DNA from: Tubulanus polymorphus
Lineage: Eukaryota > Animalia > Nemertea
DNA length: 64,000 bases
Assembly: GCF_964204645.1 (NCBI RefSeq)
Contig: NC_134026.1
Location: forward strand, 20,122,150 to 20,186,149
Reading direction: 5' to 3'
Program-made: the position numbers and the translations under genes
The notes under the pieces: model-generated
What the model was told of the DNA's origin: nothing
The model's input: only the letters and a program-made list of their open reading frames with translations
The model's database searches: none
Shown here: in pieces, positions 37,790-50,385 of the stretch
How positions within the stretch are numbered: position 1 is the first letter of the stretch
How the letters are laid out: every line of letters begins with the position of its first letter

Positions 37790-38510
37790 ATCTATACACG
37801 GGGCTTCTCTTCGTTACTAAGACCATCAAACATATTCAAAAAAATGTTTGGCGGTTCTGGCTTGCAAAAATGATCGGCACTAGGAGAGCCATCGGTCTTT
37901 CGCACCCCGAAATCGCCAATCGTTATCTGGTGGTGGATACGTTTCTCGATCGAAGGTTCTGCTCTGGCCTCTTTTCAAGAAAAAGAAATACAGTTCCAAC
38001 CTGCTGAACATGTCCTCGGTGGGTTAAGAGACGAAAACCAGCAAATGAAAAAATACGAAATATGGCACTACCGAATGAATAGAAACTGCTACGGCTTTCT
38101 TTACGATTTTTTAGCCAACCATAAACACGTCCATGAGCTAACGTAACCTGACGTAATATGCACCGGTCGAGGTCTTCTGAACCACGACTAAATAGCTGAC
38201 GGGCCCGCCTGGGGTAAACCAATCTCACGGCGCGGTGTATGCAATATCGATACCGGTTCAAGAATCTGTCTGCGCAGATCATCATTATCGAGCGGTGCGT
38301 CTCGCGCGATCACACACGGTGTTACCCCTCCTCGACAATTTAATCATCGGGGGATGCTTTCGTCTCGTCTAGAGCAGATGGTATATTTGCAATCGTGTTT
38401 AATAGTCTAAAATTTGATTAATGTATCGACCGATGTTGAGGCGAACCCCTCGAACCACTCTCGAACTCGGTGGAGAATCCTCGATATGTTATTCGCGTAT
38501 AATCAGATAT
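37790..38510 (-). pseudogene. Decayed BTB-BACK-like coding remnant
   Basis: Minus-strand SDYTR...FSTEFES and EGFASTSVDTLIKF*T (BTB-like), VYGWLKN..ESR...FRLL (BACK-like); nucleotide similarity to 5318-5410. Confidence 0.4.
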
Positions 38511-39075
38511 AGATATTCTCAAGCCACTGAAGATAAAGCATATACGCTGCAAGACTGGTCACCGCAGCAGCACTGGAAATGGAATTTCTTGAAAAAAGAT
38601 TCTTTATGAAAAATTTGAATCTGTTATTTGGATCATTGTTTTGTTAAAAGTATCGTCATATTTTCGATATTGCGAGATTTTACCCTTGTTCTAGTTTCCA
38701 TTGTTCGCATAGTCGTCCGTATATGTATTACCTTGCCTGCTGTTCCAAATTGTTAACGGTTGTCAGACTTATCAGTTAAGTTGGAGAACAATTAGTACGC
38801 GATGTCGTTGTTGACTTACTTATGCTATCAATCTCGGATGCAACGCGATTCGTCGACGAGTACTTCGATAAGATGAGTTCGTCTGCATGTTAAGAACTGT
38901 AAGAGGTCGATCATCGTAACGTCAGTTCGCTTACTGAGGTGGATCTCTATGCACGAGTGACTGCAGCACTCAAATTGAAAGCTAAATTACGAGTACACGC
39001 GTACGTACCAACTAGGAATCATGACTACATCGTATAGTCGATTAAATAACCAGCGTATCTATGAACGAAAATAAC

Positions 39076-39210
39076 CGCGCCAAAACGCCCAAAAATTCCA
39101 TTTGCGTGCCAAAATGGATTTCTAGTCTTTTTGGTGCGCCAAACTGGATATTCTTTGTTTTCCATTTGTTGGGGGCGCCAAAACGAAAAATTTTGAGTCG
39201 CGCCAAAACT
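39076..39210 (+). repeat. GCGCCAAA motif array
   Basis: About five spaced GCGCCAAA/GTGCCAAA motifs. Confidence 0.5.
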
Positions 39211-39765
39211 TTTTTAAAGGAAATCTGAGGCTCTTTAAGTTTTGAAATTCTTATTTCGAAAATATGTTTTCTTTTATGTATAGAAAGATGAATGAATGCA
39301 TTTGTTACCGAGAAACTAATTTACCCAGCGTCTTTCTTGATGAAAAATAGCTATTTTTTTGGTCATACGAAAAATAACCTCTTCCCCTTGCAACAGGTCT
39401 GCTATTATTTCATATCACGGTGGTTATCAAGGGTCAGGAGGAGATTTATTTTAGCTGGCTAGAAACAGCCACACATAATATGCGCTGGGTCTATCAATAA
39501 TTCGCAGGAATACAGAGGCGTCATAACGGAGACGTTCACGCGGCGTGACTAATTACCGAGTAAGACTTATCGGTAACTTCTACACGTGAAGAATCGTGAC
39601 AAATGATCTACCGAATGATGACTGCTAATTAAACCGATTCAAATAAGCTATACTCTCGAAATAGTAAGTCGCACGGATATACCTGCGATGTTAAAACGAA
39701 TCCCGACCTTATGGTGAAAACCAGATTAATTCAAGAGAATTCAAGTGAAGTATATACGCATCGGC

Positions 39766-40075
39766 TTATGCCATCCTATATCGGCAGGGATTCGAATCTG
39801 ATGGCATCGAGACTCGTCACGGTACGAGACCCTGCCACACTAGCCCGAGTCCGCCGCTACACGCGCGGCTTAGATGATGTCATTATGAGCCAATCAGAAA
39901 TTGAATTATTTTATAAAGCGATTATAAAACGGGCAATCTGATTGGTGCCGCAACTGTTCGTGCGGCAAACCTGCGCATGTAACTGCGCATCCGGTCAAGT
40001 GTGACAGGATTCCTTGTCGTGGCTGAGTCTAGTGATGAGAATTGGTTCGAATCCCTACCGAGGGAGGATGGCTAA
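39766..40075. repeat. Diverged ~310-bp inverted repeat with a tRNA T-loop/B-box motif in each arm
   Basis: GCCATCCT...GGCAGGGATTCGAATC vs GGTTCGAATCCCTACC...AGGATGGC; inner CCAATCAGA / TCTGATTGG. Confidence 0.62.
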
Positions 40076-41504
40076 TGCACGAAATGGAAAACATTGTGCT
40101 AATGAGGCTTGATGCTTGAAAAATTGAGATTGCAGCAGATGTGAAAGAAAATATTTTGCTTACATTATGTCAATACAATATAGTATAATTGAGACCAGAT
40201 TTAGAAAAAAATGTTGGGTTCTAATACAGTTGAAGACCGTTACCGCCTGCCGATATGTTACCAAATTCGCTTTATTGCCTGAGAATCCTCTGAAAAACCG
40301 ACTGTATCTTCAAGCACGTGATTTTAGTTCGTTTTCATGTCCGCCCATACACCATGGTTTAGCTAAGTAAATTCGTATTAAAATCATCCGTTATACTACC
40401 ATCGAAATCAAACCTCATTAGTGATGTCCATTGTCTGTAGGCCTAGATGCTTTCCGAAATTTTCTTAATATGAAGTGAACTACATACCGTATATATCTTT
40501 CTACACATATATCCTTGAATATCAAAATATTATGTGTGATAAACCTAGATGGCATCAACTCATTAATTTTGGATATAGACATAGTAGAAGTTTCTACCAA
40601 ATGAGAAAATTCAATGAATTTCACCTTTCACCAAGTATACTTCTCATAGTAACAAAATAGATAGTTGAAGATATGAATATGCTGTGAAGGATATACATTT
40701 TCTTTTAACTCAGAAATGGAAGAACTCCATGTACACTGATACTTATTTATTTTTCCCGCAAAAATGAAATCACCTAACTTGTATTGATGTTTTCCTAGTC
40801 GTTGCAATCAACTAACGAATGTCTTTAGTTTCATCCAATATGTACCTGATGTATAGGCGATCTTACGCCGACCCAATCAGCTGATGTAGAACGTCGACTA
40901 AGTGCGTTCACTCCGTCAATCAGTCGGACCCGAGTAACGGGCCGTTGGACGAGTACGCCACCGAAACTGACACATCGATCGCTTGCGTCTTGAAAAATCG
41001 CTCGATACAATGTATGGACCGATAATCATTTTGGTTCCGTAAATCAATCGACAAAACCTCGTATCTGAGGTTTCTCAACGTGTGTGTGAACGTGCGTGTG
41101 TGTGTATTTGTGTTGAAAAGTCGTCAGTGGGGAGGTGGATTTTTTTCCTTTAATTGACACAAAAAAATTCTAATGAGTAGATCTAGCGTGAAAATAAGAT
41201 ATGGCGCAACGTCGTAAATCCATTAGCGATTATTTTGCTCAGTTGGACCACGCTTAGAGTAGAGTAGCGTAGCAGAGCAGAGTAGAGTAAAATCGAATAG
41301 AATGGAATAAAATGGAGATAAAACGATTACAAAAATTCAAACTCAAAACTGTATTGTCCCTCAATGTTACAAAACATCAAACATCATCGGTTCGAAAATA
41401 CAATAAAGCAACAAACCGACGAAGTGTAATTCTAAGAACCAATATATACAATTGCGATGTGCCGTAGATTTGGAGGCCTATCCGTAACGGGACGATACTA
41501 TGAA

Positions 41505-41957
41505 ATAGGGTGTGTGCGCAGGCAAGGGTCATTTTCTCAAGGATGCTTTATATTCAAGGCCTTTCAAGGCCACCAAAAACTAAGATTCAAGACCAATCCA
41601 AAGAATTGCTGTTTAAATCAGGACCGGCCCCGTATGACAACCATAACTAAGTGACAAGTGCACTCTTGAAACGTCGGCAGAATTCAATCCATTCAAATTT
41701 TGATCAGGCCACATGTCATCGGTAAAAAGGTCTGGTAAAGATCGGTAGACAAAATTTCGTCGCAAATTGATCATCAAAGTATCTAACGCCAAAAAGTTCG
41801 CAAAAATGCAACAAAAAAATTTAAGACTACAAGATGAAAATTCAATGCTTCTTCCCTAAATTCAAAGCCTCTCGCATATAAATTCAATGCTTTTTAAGGC
41901 CTTGAAAATAATTATTCAATGCTATTCAAGAATTTCAAAAACCGCCATGAACCCTCG
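41505..41957. mobile_element. Non-autonomous DNA element with ATTCAAGG/ATTCAATGC subterminal repeats (EnSpm-like)
   Basis: AGGGT... / ...ACCCT ends; multiple TTCAAGGCC and AATTCAATGC motifs. Confidence 0.42.
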
Positions 41958-44020
41958 CAGGGCTTCGCCTAAAACACTTTCTCATTATCAAAAACTGGGG
42001 GATGCTGGTAGAATAACATAAGGATAAACATGTAGAATTCGAGGGCCTGGTAGTTGTAGACTAATTCTGAAAATAGCTGTCTAGCCACCATTGGGTCTCG
42101 ATAATACAAAAATACCGCGCCGTGTGTATGCATTTAAAGAGTCACTCAGGTCACGTACAGAGCCGTGATGGATATAGTCTTCTCAGGTAATTACCGACGT
42201 TGATATTGCTCAAAAGTTCCGTAAATAAGCTTGAATTAGAAAGCAAAACATTCGGTCATCGTCTTGTCGGTCGGTCGGTAAGACATACGGTTGACATCGA
42301 GTCGTATAACTGATCTGGTATCCAGCTATAAGGTTTCGCTCGGCGAATATCGTTATGCACCGTAAAAAATCTATATACGGCTTCACCGATTCCACCAAAA
42401 TTATGTCCAGTTCAACACTGCAACCAGGTAGACCTATATACACACTCAACTGCAGCGAGGCATTAGGAGAAATTTAACCACTGTTTATTCAGGCCACCAA
42501 CTATTTCAGCGATTGCCAATTGCTTTCTAAGCTTTCGATGGGAAGGTCAGCGTTTACGCAGTTCAGGGTCTGTATGGTTGTAGTAGGGAAAAACATTCGT
42601 TCGGTTGTAACCGAAACATACCCATACCTACAATTACTAGCATTGTTACTTTCATTTGCATGTCTTTCTTTTGAATAATGAATATGTTATGTGGTATGAA
42701 GCGACGTCATTTTGTATGAAAACGATCTGACCGAGTTGTCATTACATATTCAGTCCGCTGCACGCGAGCACCACATTTTTGCCGTTCGCAAATGATTGAA
42801 GGCCTAGTATTAACGCGATGAATTAGTTACGATGATAGATACGTATCGCAAAAAAGATCATCGTATTCCAAGATTCCAGAAATAAGCTTAAACATCTCCA
42901 TTGTCAGCTACAACCAAAAAGTCATTCAATAAGTATATTTTCGTCTGCCCGGAAACCATTTATTAAGATGAATACATGGACCGGAGACTATCTAGGCTAA
43001 TCGACGTATCATACATGTTGCTAACTACCATCCTCGGTGGACCACTTCCACCGATTGCAGTTAATAAAGACGGCAATTGTACCTTCATTACTGAAAATCA
43101 ATGCGCCGATTTAGAAGATGAAATGTATAGCCTAATCAAGTGGTCTCGTGTCGAAAACCACCACCACCACCACGCCATTGCTTAAGATTATGGATGACTC
43201 GCTTGTATCGTGCGTATCGTCATTCGCATCTTGTCGAGTCGGTGATTCGATTACACTGTGTTTGATGCAGTCTAAACTTCGACGAGGAGGATCTCTGTAC
43301 CACGAGCCGCAACCACCAGAGATCAATTTACCCGCAGGTTTTTCTCTTCCACGCAACGATCGCAATCGCGTTCGGAAGTCGCCGCATTGTTCTCTCGCTC
43401 AAAAAGATAATAAAAGCTATCCAGCTTCCGAATAAAATATACCATCGTCGATGCAAACTGTATAGATTTACATTTATTGTGATTCTAATGGACCATTATT
43501 CGTTCTAATGGTACATTAAAGTGAAGAAGAACTTAGAGACTTCATGCTGAAGTTCAGACGTCGAAAATATCGTAGATATTTCTTCTTCCATTCGTTCGCC
43601 TTTTTGATTTACTTTAACTTATGCCTTTTTGAACTAGAGAGTACAAATAAGTTGAGGCTTTTAAATATGACAAATAGATTGCGGCTGAGGTCGATAGCAA
43701 ATAATACCCTTAAGAATTGGTGAAGTATAAGTTAGAAGTAAAGCCTGTTAGAAAATCCGATTGAAAACGCCCAATAAATTTCTACATATAACAAAGTTTA
43801 TTTAACGCTGTTTACATCCGTTTAAATCCGACATGTTATAGCTGCTTGCGAGCTGGTTCGAAACTGATCTGACAACAATAAAAACACCCGTCAAAACCAA
43901 AACTTGATAAACATTTTACTGAAGGGAAATTCCCGACACGCCTATTACTAAACAACCACCATAGGATCATGGGAGTTGTCATGAGAACATTCAAATCCAC
44001 CACAGTCGATGGTATAAGTG

Positions 44021-44405
44021 ACTTTTTTGACGCCGTTACAATAATGTTTATATATACTTATACCAATAGCATGCGTTATATGAGGGGTTCTGTGTGATTC
44101 ATGGTTCACTGTGTCATCAATATTTGGGTTTCAAGGTGACAGTTACAATGAATCTTGGCGTTTATTTCAAAATTGAATACATTTCATAACTCTCATGAAT
44201 TAAAAAAATTCCAATAATCATTGTTTGAGAGGATGTGCAATATGTCATCAATACATCCGGGCTAGACTGGTTGCCGGTCAATTCAATTCAATCATCGATA
44301 TATTCAAGACCAAAATAACTTCATTGATCCTTGCTATATGATTTATATGATTCATTGTCGACAATAATACGTAATACATATGTGTATTTTTCGAGGCGTC
44401 CATAG
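44021..44405 (-). repeat. Family D, copy 3 (inverted)
   Basis: AGACTGGTTGCCGGTCA and ATGAGGGGTTCTGTG blocks in reverse complement. Confidence 0.72.
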
Positions 44406-47085
44406 CTATAAAGCGCAGACAGCAAGAAAAACCTGAATAAATGATTTGTGTTTATGCATTTCGATATCTTAATTTGCCCGGGATCACAGGATATGAAATT
44501 CAAGATGGTAATGATATTGATCATTAATGTGATACACTGGTTGTCTTTGTGTGTCGGTTATCTGAAACACGGCAATCGAAACAATGTTTCTCGTTTCGCG
44601 GCGAAGCCAACATGTTTCTGTAAACTGTGTTTCTTATTTCGGAGCAACGCAGCCCCGTAAAATCGTCTTGTTTTGTCTTTGGGTGCGCTAGCTTTAGTTT
44701 TTAACATTAACGGCTGGAATTTCAGCGCCGAATATGTTTCTTTCACTTTCTTTCACATGATAGGCCTCGGGAACCTTGATGAAGAATAGTCCAAATTTTT
44801 CTCTATTCAAAGAGAACTAGCGCGCCGTCAGGTTCTCCACAATTATACCGGTTGCAGTTATGTCCTCGCTGTCACGATTGATGTAACATTTTCTCGCTGT
44901 CTCGCTCTATAGCGTGCATTAAGATATCCGGTGTTCAACGTGCAGCGGCATAAATCTACAAGGCGTGTCGCGCAGTGAAGAATGTCGCGGGTTCACATCA
45001 TTTGTCTTTCGATGTTTTGCAAGTTGTCCAACTCGTCGTTTGAAGAGCGTATACCGCTTCCAGCAACGCATTCGGATATCAGAGAGAAAAGAAGAAAAGA
45101 AAGGATAATTTTCACGTATCGTTTTATCGCTTCGTCTGCAACGATGGTGGCTGTATAATTAGCTCGGCGTCGGTTCGGTGGGATAAGACGAGGCGCTAGC
45201 ACTCGGGGGCCTGTTGCTTATTTGTTTGACGATAAATTTAGCTGAAAATGTCAACCGAAGTTTTTTTCCGAGAAAACAAGCGCGTGCTATAAGACGAAGC
45301 GGTGCAAAATACAGTTTCGATCGAACGGTCAGCGGCCCGTCGCTCAAAAGTTTGTTAAAGATAACCGCGGCGGGAGTAACAATGCGCTTTTGATTGCCAT
45401 TATGCCATCTATCCACTGGTTAACTCTCTGACCAACTTGGTTAACTCTAACGAAATTTTGAGCAACAGTTCTTCAAAGGTTTGGCCCACACAACCGCATA
45501 GCCTACGTACGTAAAGATGTGAGTTCGAGTAAGAGTTCAAATCAGTTCAGATCCAATTACTCTAAACTCTTCACAATGAAATCTATAAACCGCTATCGAC
45601 CTCTGAGAAACTGTCCCTAAGAAGTTATGAAAAGTCATCCAGGCGCTAGAAAGGAAGTTCACGCTCTACATTGCAAACAGGTTTTAAAGATCGTAATTAT
45701 GAAAATTAAGTTCAACCGGTACGCGGCGAAAGTTGTTCAAATTCGCTTCAATGCTGTAGAAATATTCACGGAACCACGACGAATGGCTGAAATGTTTTTA
45801 TAAGAAACATAGGCATATGGTCAAATATCTAGAAAAAAATCACAATATTGACTACAGTATTTTCAGTCGGCAACTTGCCATCTTGTTAGGTTTTTAGAAC
45901 CGATACTAGATAAATCGAAAAGTAATTTCATTATTTATCGGAACGAACCGAAAGAGATCATGAGTTTCAATCATCTTGAAACCATGTGCTAAAACGATAA
46001 AACAAGAATATCGAGTAAAATTTCTTCCAGCAAATTTTTCAGCTAGTGTCTTACGGTGATAAAAGGATTCAAATGTTTGACCATTAACTTAGATTCTATT
46101 ATAATGGATTTATAGTTCAGTTGAAAATGAAGCTGAATTTTCAGATGTATTGATGCTTATATTAAAAGAGTTACATATTAGGGTAGTCCCTGAAGCCTGG
46201 TGAATTCGACACGACAAATCAAGTGAGGGCCTTAAGCCAAGCATCGGCCGAGAATATAGTTCAGTGTTTTCGTTGCGCAAATTACACGCCTTTATTTAGA
46301 CTTCATAAACAAGGTCTACCACGCTGAGAGTATTTAACGTGCGATCATTGAAATTTCAGATTAAATCTTCGTTTGAATTCGACGAATATTGTATTACGTG
46401 CGTTTGCATTCATCGAGGAATTCTTACAGCTTTAATTATACACTCATATTATATACACGCACATTATGTATACGTATTAATGTATATATCGTTTACATAC
46501 TTTCAAATGTTCGGCAGCAAATTCGACAATTTGCTTATTGTCGAAATGCGTTTAAACTAACATTTGGGCTATGTTAAAACTGGCAGATCGTTGTTGAAGA
46601 TTTCTGACGCATTCAAACTGAAGGTTGATATTGGAACAGCATTAAAGTCGTGAGTAGTTTCGTTGTGTTCGAAATATTATCGGTTTTTGACCGTTGAAGA
46701 AATTTTTCTTTTTCGGGATCAGATTTTATGAAATAAACGGTTCCATATTTATGAATGCATTATTATTGGCTTTTAGATATTTTAACGGGGAAAATGCACC
46801 GCGCAAACGAGAAATTGTGTCAAATGTATGTTAAGTGCGTATATTTTCCGATACGAGCGACACTTCGAATTGTATTTCGAGTATATTTCGAAAAGATAAG
46901 CACAAAAATAGCAATTACAAGTAAAACGTAGAAAAAACACGTTAGCAAATAAGAAAAAAATATGTGTGCGTTTTACTATCGCTGTGATTCCAACTGCGAA
47001 CCGTGCTCGAATGTGAAATTTAACCAAGAAATATAGGGTAGGCGTGATGTTTTCGAAATACCAGTAGGCCTAGAAAATTTATTTG

Positions 47086-47288
47086 CCTAAAAAAGTGATA
47101 CTTTGTTTCTCCTAATCGGAAATGTGATTTTGTAAATCGCAATAAATTCACAACCAGTTCATTTCTACCAGGTCTGTCATTTTTAGCTTAATCATGGTTT
47201 AAAAAAAGTAATGTACAGGGTATATAGGCGACAGACCGGGTCAATTTTTAAGCAGAAAGGAGAAACGAGGTATCAGTTTTCTTTAACC
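47086..47288. mobile_element. MITE family E, copy 2
   Basis: GATACTTTGTTTCTCCTAATCGG... / ...AGCAGAAAGGAGAAACGAGGTATC. Confidence 0.65.
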
Positions 47289-48189
47289 TTCTATTTATAC
47301 CTATTCGCCTTGTCTTCACTGCAAAAACTACGATAACTTCGATACAAAATAAGATCACATTACTCCAGACCTCGCCACAATCGAAGGTACAGGGTCGCCG
47401 ATTTTTAGTACATCGTAGAGCTACCAACATTGCGGAATACTCCTCAATTAATCTTAAGATCCATCGTGTCGGTTATGACCATTTCTTTTTCAAAGAAAAG
47501 CCTTAGCGTTTCCCCGAGTAGGTGTAGGAGTGTTATGAGTCGAGAAGATACACAATATCTGTGTCAGATGAATAACGATAGAAATCCCACGATTGATTCA
47601 ACCAAAAAAGAAAGGTTCTATGGTAAATTAATGGTATATATTTCGAACAACGTTTCGGCTAAATACAATAAGCCGTTATATATGAAAAATGTCTGCACTT
47701 ACGCAGTGTTCATATCAGATCTAGATTTTATACCAATAAAAATGTATTCTTTGTTTATCTACAGCATCATCGACATGCTGACGTCTGCATATAGATACAA
47801 ATATCATACTCGCCTAAACGTCGGATTAATGTGAGATTTTTTTTTACGCAAAGTGGTCGTTTCTGAGCGCGATCACGAACCGACCATTCTGACTGCCGTT
47901 ATGCCGATTATTCTTCGTAATCCACGTCCAATATCTGAACGTTGCCACCACCGTCGATCTGTGTGGGGATTATTGTTTGCTGTTTGCGTATATTGCGATA
48001 TTCCCCGCAGCCGAACTGTCGGAGGTTTTTTTTAAAGGGAATGATTGCATCGTAAAACTGTGGTTTCAAAAACTGCACCTAACGTTTCGTCGTTTGGTAA
48101 TTCCGTGATTTCATATCGCCGACCCGTTGGACAAAAAGGATACATGGGACTCAGCGATAGAAACATGTCGGCGCGTCTTGAGTTAGATT

Positions 48190-50385
48190 TAGATTTCTTG
48201 ACGCCGCAAAAACCGTTGCAATAATGTTTGTACATAGTTATATGCGTTATATGAGGGGTTCTGTGCGTGAGTCCATGTGCACTACGTCATCAATATTGGC
48301 GTTTCAAAATAACAATTGCAATCTTACAACTCTTATTTCATTTTTTATAAAATTTTGATTATCATTTTTGGGAGGATGTGTGCTACGTCATCGATATATC
48401 TGGGTGAGACTGGTTGCCGCTCAATTCAATAAAGAAGTTTCCAGTTTCTAGGCGCCATTTTGTGGCGGTCCCGCGAGGTCCCCATTGTTGCGATAATTTG
48501 CGCTCATTTTTAAAACATAAGTTTAGATTGAATATCATATAGTTCTGCAGTCCCTCGCTCGACGAAATCGATTTATACACCATTTTAAAGGAAATTAAAT
48601 GCAGATATTTGCTGGCGATTCTTGGAATTTTTGAACTCAACAATTGAGAACAGTGACGATGTGAAACCAAGGACCGCATATCTAAACCGTGCGTAAAAGA
48701 AATCGCAATATTTATTAATTTCAGAATATCTAAGTATCTCTTCAAGCTATATTTCCTATTTTCACTGAGTTTAAAGAGGGTTATTTGCAGTTTAAGCCTG
48801 CGTTAAAATCTTTTGAATATCTTACCTGACGACTGATCTGTACCCGCTTGAGTTTGAGATCACGCGCAAAAGGGGTCTCCCACTGCGCATTGTAATTTCA
48901 CTGAACATTGAGATTTGCGACAAGAAATTTTAAAATGCAATTTGATTTCTTCACATTTTCCATGGGGATATTTTGAGATGATAATCCATATCTTCTTTGT
49001 ACCGTATTTTGGCGGGGGCAATTCGTTAATCTGGTTTCGGGATCCGGTTTGTCCCGCTATTGAAGTGTGAACGGCCCAGTTGAGGGATTGTCGTATACAG
49101 CTCGTCCAGCCTAGCGCCGATTTTGTGTTCGGTGAAATCAAACGTTTTAGAGTCGATGGTGAAATGTGCCAGTCAATTTAAACGCTTAGGACATATTTAA
49201 CACATATCTCTCTCTGGTAATCCCTCATTCTGGGATCATACGATGAATTTAATTAATGAATCTCAACCTTCTTGCTGGAAAACATCGACCAGAAAACCTT
49301 ACTGATATAAAATTCCAATATAATATTTAAAGTGGTTCATATCTGTCCCCCATTTGATATTCTGTTTTAGGGGGTCAACGTCCAGTTTGGCAACTTTCAG
49401 CTGCGCCGCATATTCAAAAATATATAAAAACTTAGATTTTTTTTCTAGTGTCCAACAATGAGTGGTACATTCGGTTGAAACGCAAATTAGGTTCTCAACT
49501 AGGCCATATTTGCAACCAACACAGAAAGTCCCCACTCTTACAAGAAATCCTTTAATTTCCCAACGCTACAAAACTCGAATTCATCAAAGCACTCAAAGTT
49601 CATTTTCAACCATACGAAAATAAAGGTAATATATAACCATCAGAAGCAATATTGATAAACCAGTAAAAAATCTTATTTTTGCGATTTCTTTTCACAAATC
49701 TCAATGTTCAGTGAAATGGCGGTGCGCAGTGGGAGACCCCTTTTGCGCGTAATCTCAAACTCAAGCGGGTACAGATCAGTCGTCAGGAAAGATATTCAAA
49801 AAAATTCAACGCAGGCTTAAACTGCAAATAACCCTCTTTAACCTCTGTGAAAATTGGAAATATAGCTTTAAGAGATACTTAGATATTTTAAAATTAATAA
49901 ATATTGCGATTTCTTTTACGCACGGTTAAGATATGCGGTCCTTGGTTTCACATCTTCACTGTTCTCAATTGTTGAGTTCAAAAATTCCAATAATCGCCAG
50001 CAGATATATGCATTTAATTTCCTTTAAAATGGTGTATAATTCGATTTCGTCGAGCGAGGGACTGCAGCACTATATGATATTCAATCTAAACTTATGTTTT
50101 AAAAATGAGCGCAAATTATCGCAACAATAGGGACCTCGAGGGACCGCCACAAAATGGCGCCTAGAAACTGGAAACTTCTTTATTCAATTATCATTATTAG
50201 TAGTAGTATCCATTTTGGTACTCTTGACCTCAAGGTCTAAGAGACCATATATATTCAAATCTAAAATTATTATTGATAGTTGATATCACATGATGATTAA
50301 TATCATCTTTTTATTGTCGACCATCTCAAACCAATATGTGTGTTGTTTTTCTTCAAGGCGTCAATAAACTTTCAAGTTTTTTTTT
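48190..50385 (-). repeat. Family D, copy 4, split by the ISL2EU-like insertion (48190-48430 + 50182-50385)
   Basis: The two halves are collinear with copy 3 on either side of the insertion. Confidence 0.7.
48431..50181. mobile_element. Non-autonomous DNA transposon with ~500-bp TIRs, ISL2EU-like (AT TSD), carrying a decayed ORF remnant
   Basis: TIRs AAAGAAGTTTCCAGTTTCTAGGCGCCATTTTG (arms ~48431-48935 and ~49676-50181), flanked by AT...AT inside a host repeat whose uninterrupted copy reads TCAATTCAATTCAAT. Internal minus-strand SAP-like remnant. The superfamily is inferred. Confidence 0.8.

Noticed and set aside
25135-39210. CRISPR-like spaced repeats (AATCCCC and GCGCCAAA arrays)
   Set aside because: Repeats are too short and irregular, the context is eukaryotic with spliceosomal introns, and there are no cas genes.
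40040-40060. tRNA gene at GGTTCGAATCCC
   Set aside because: No acceptor, D or anticodon stems could be folded; kept only as a B-box-like motif.
41640-41680. TTGAAACGTCGG, PLE-like
   Set aside because: No CUGANGA core upstream.
42976-43435. CADLEDEMYSLIKWS resembling a LINE RT segment; His run
   Set aside because: No (Y/F)ADD motif or other RT blocks; the His run is a (CAC)n microsatellite.
43545-43582. CTGAAG...GTCGAAAATATCG hammerhead-like
   Set aside because: Core incomplete and no stem II.
48383-50130. Near-identical ORFs MRSLVSH... on opposite strands
   Set aside because: They are the two TIR arms of the transposon, not genes.
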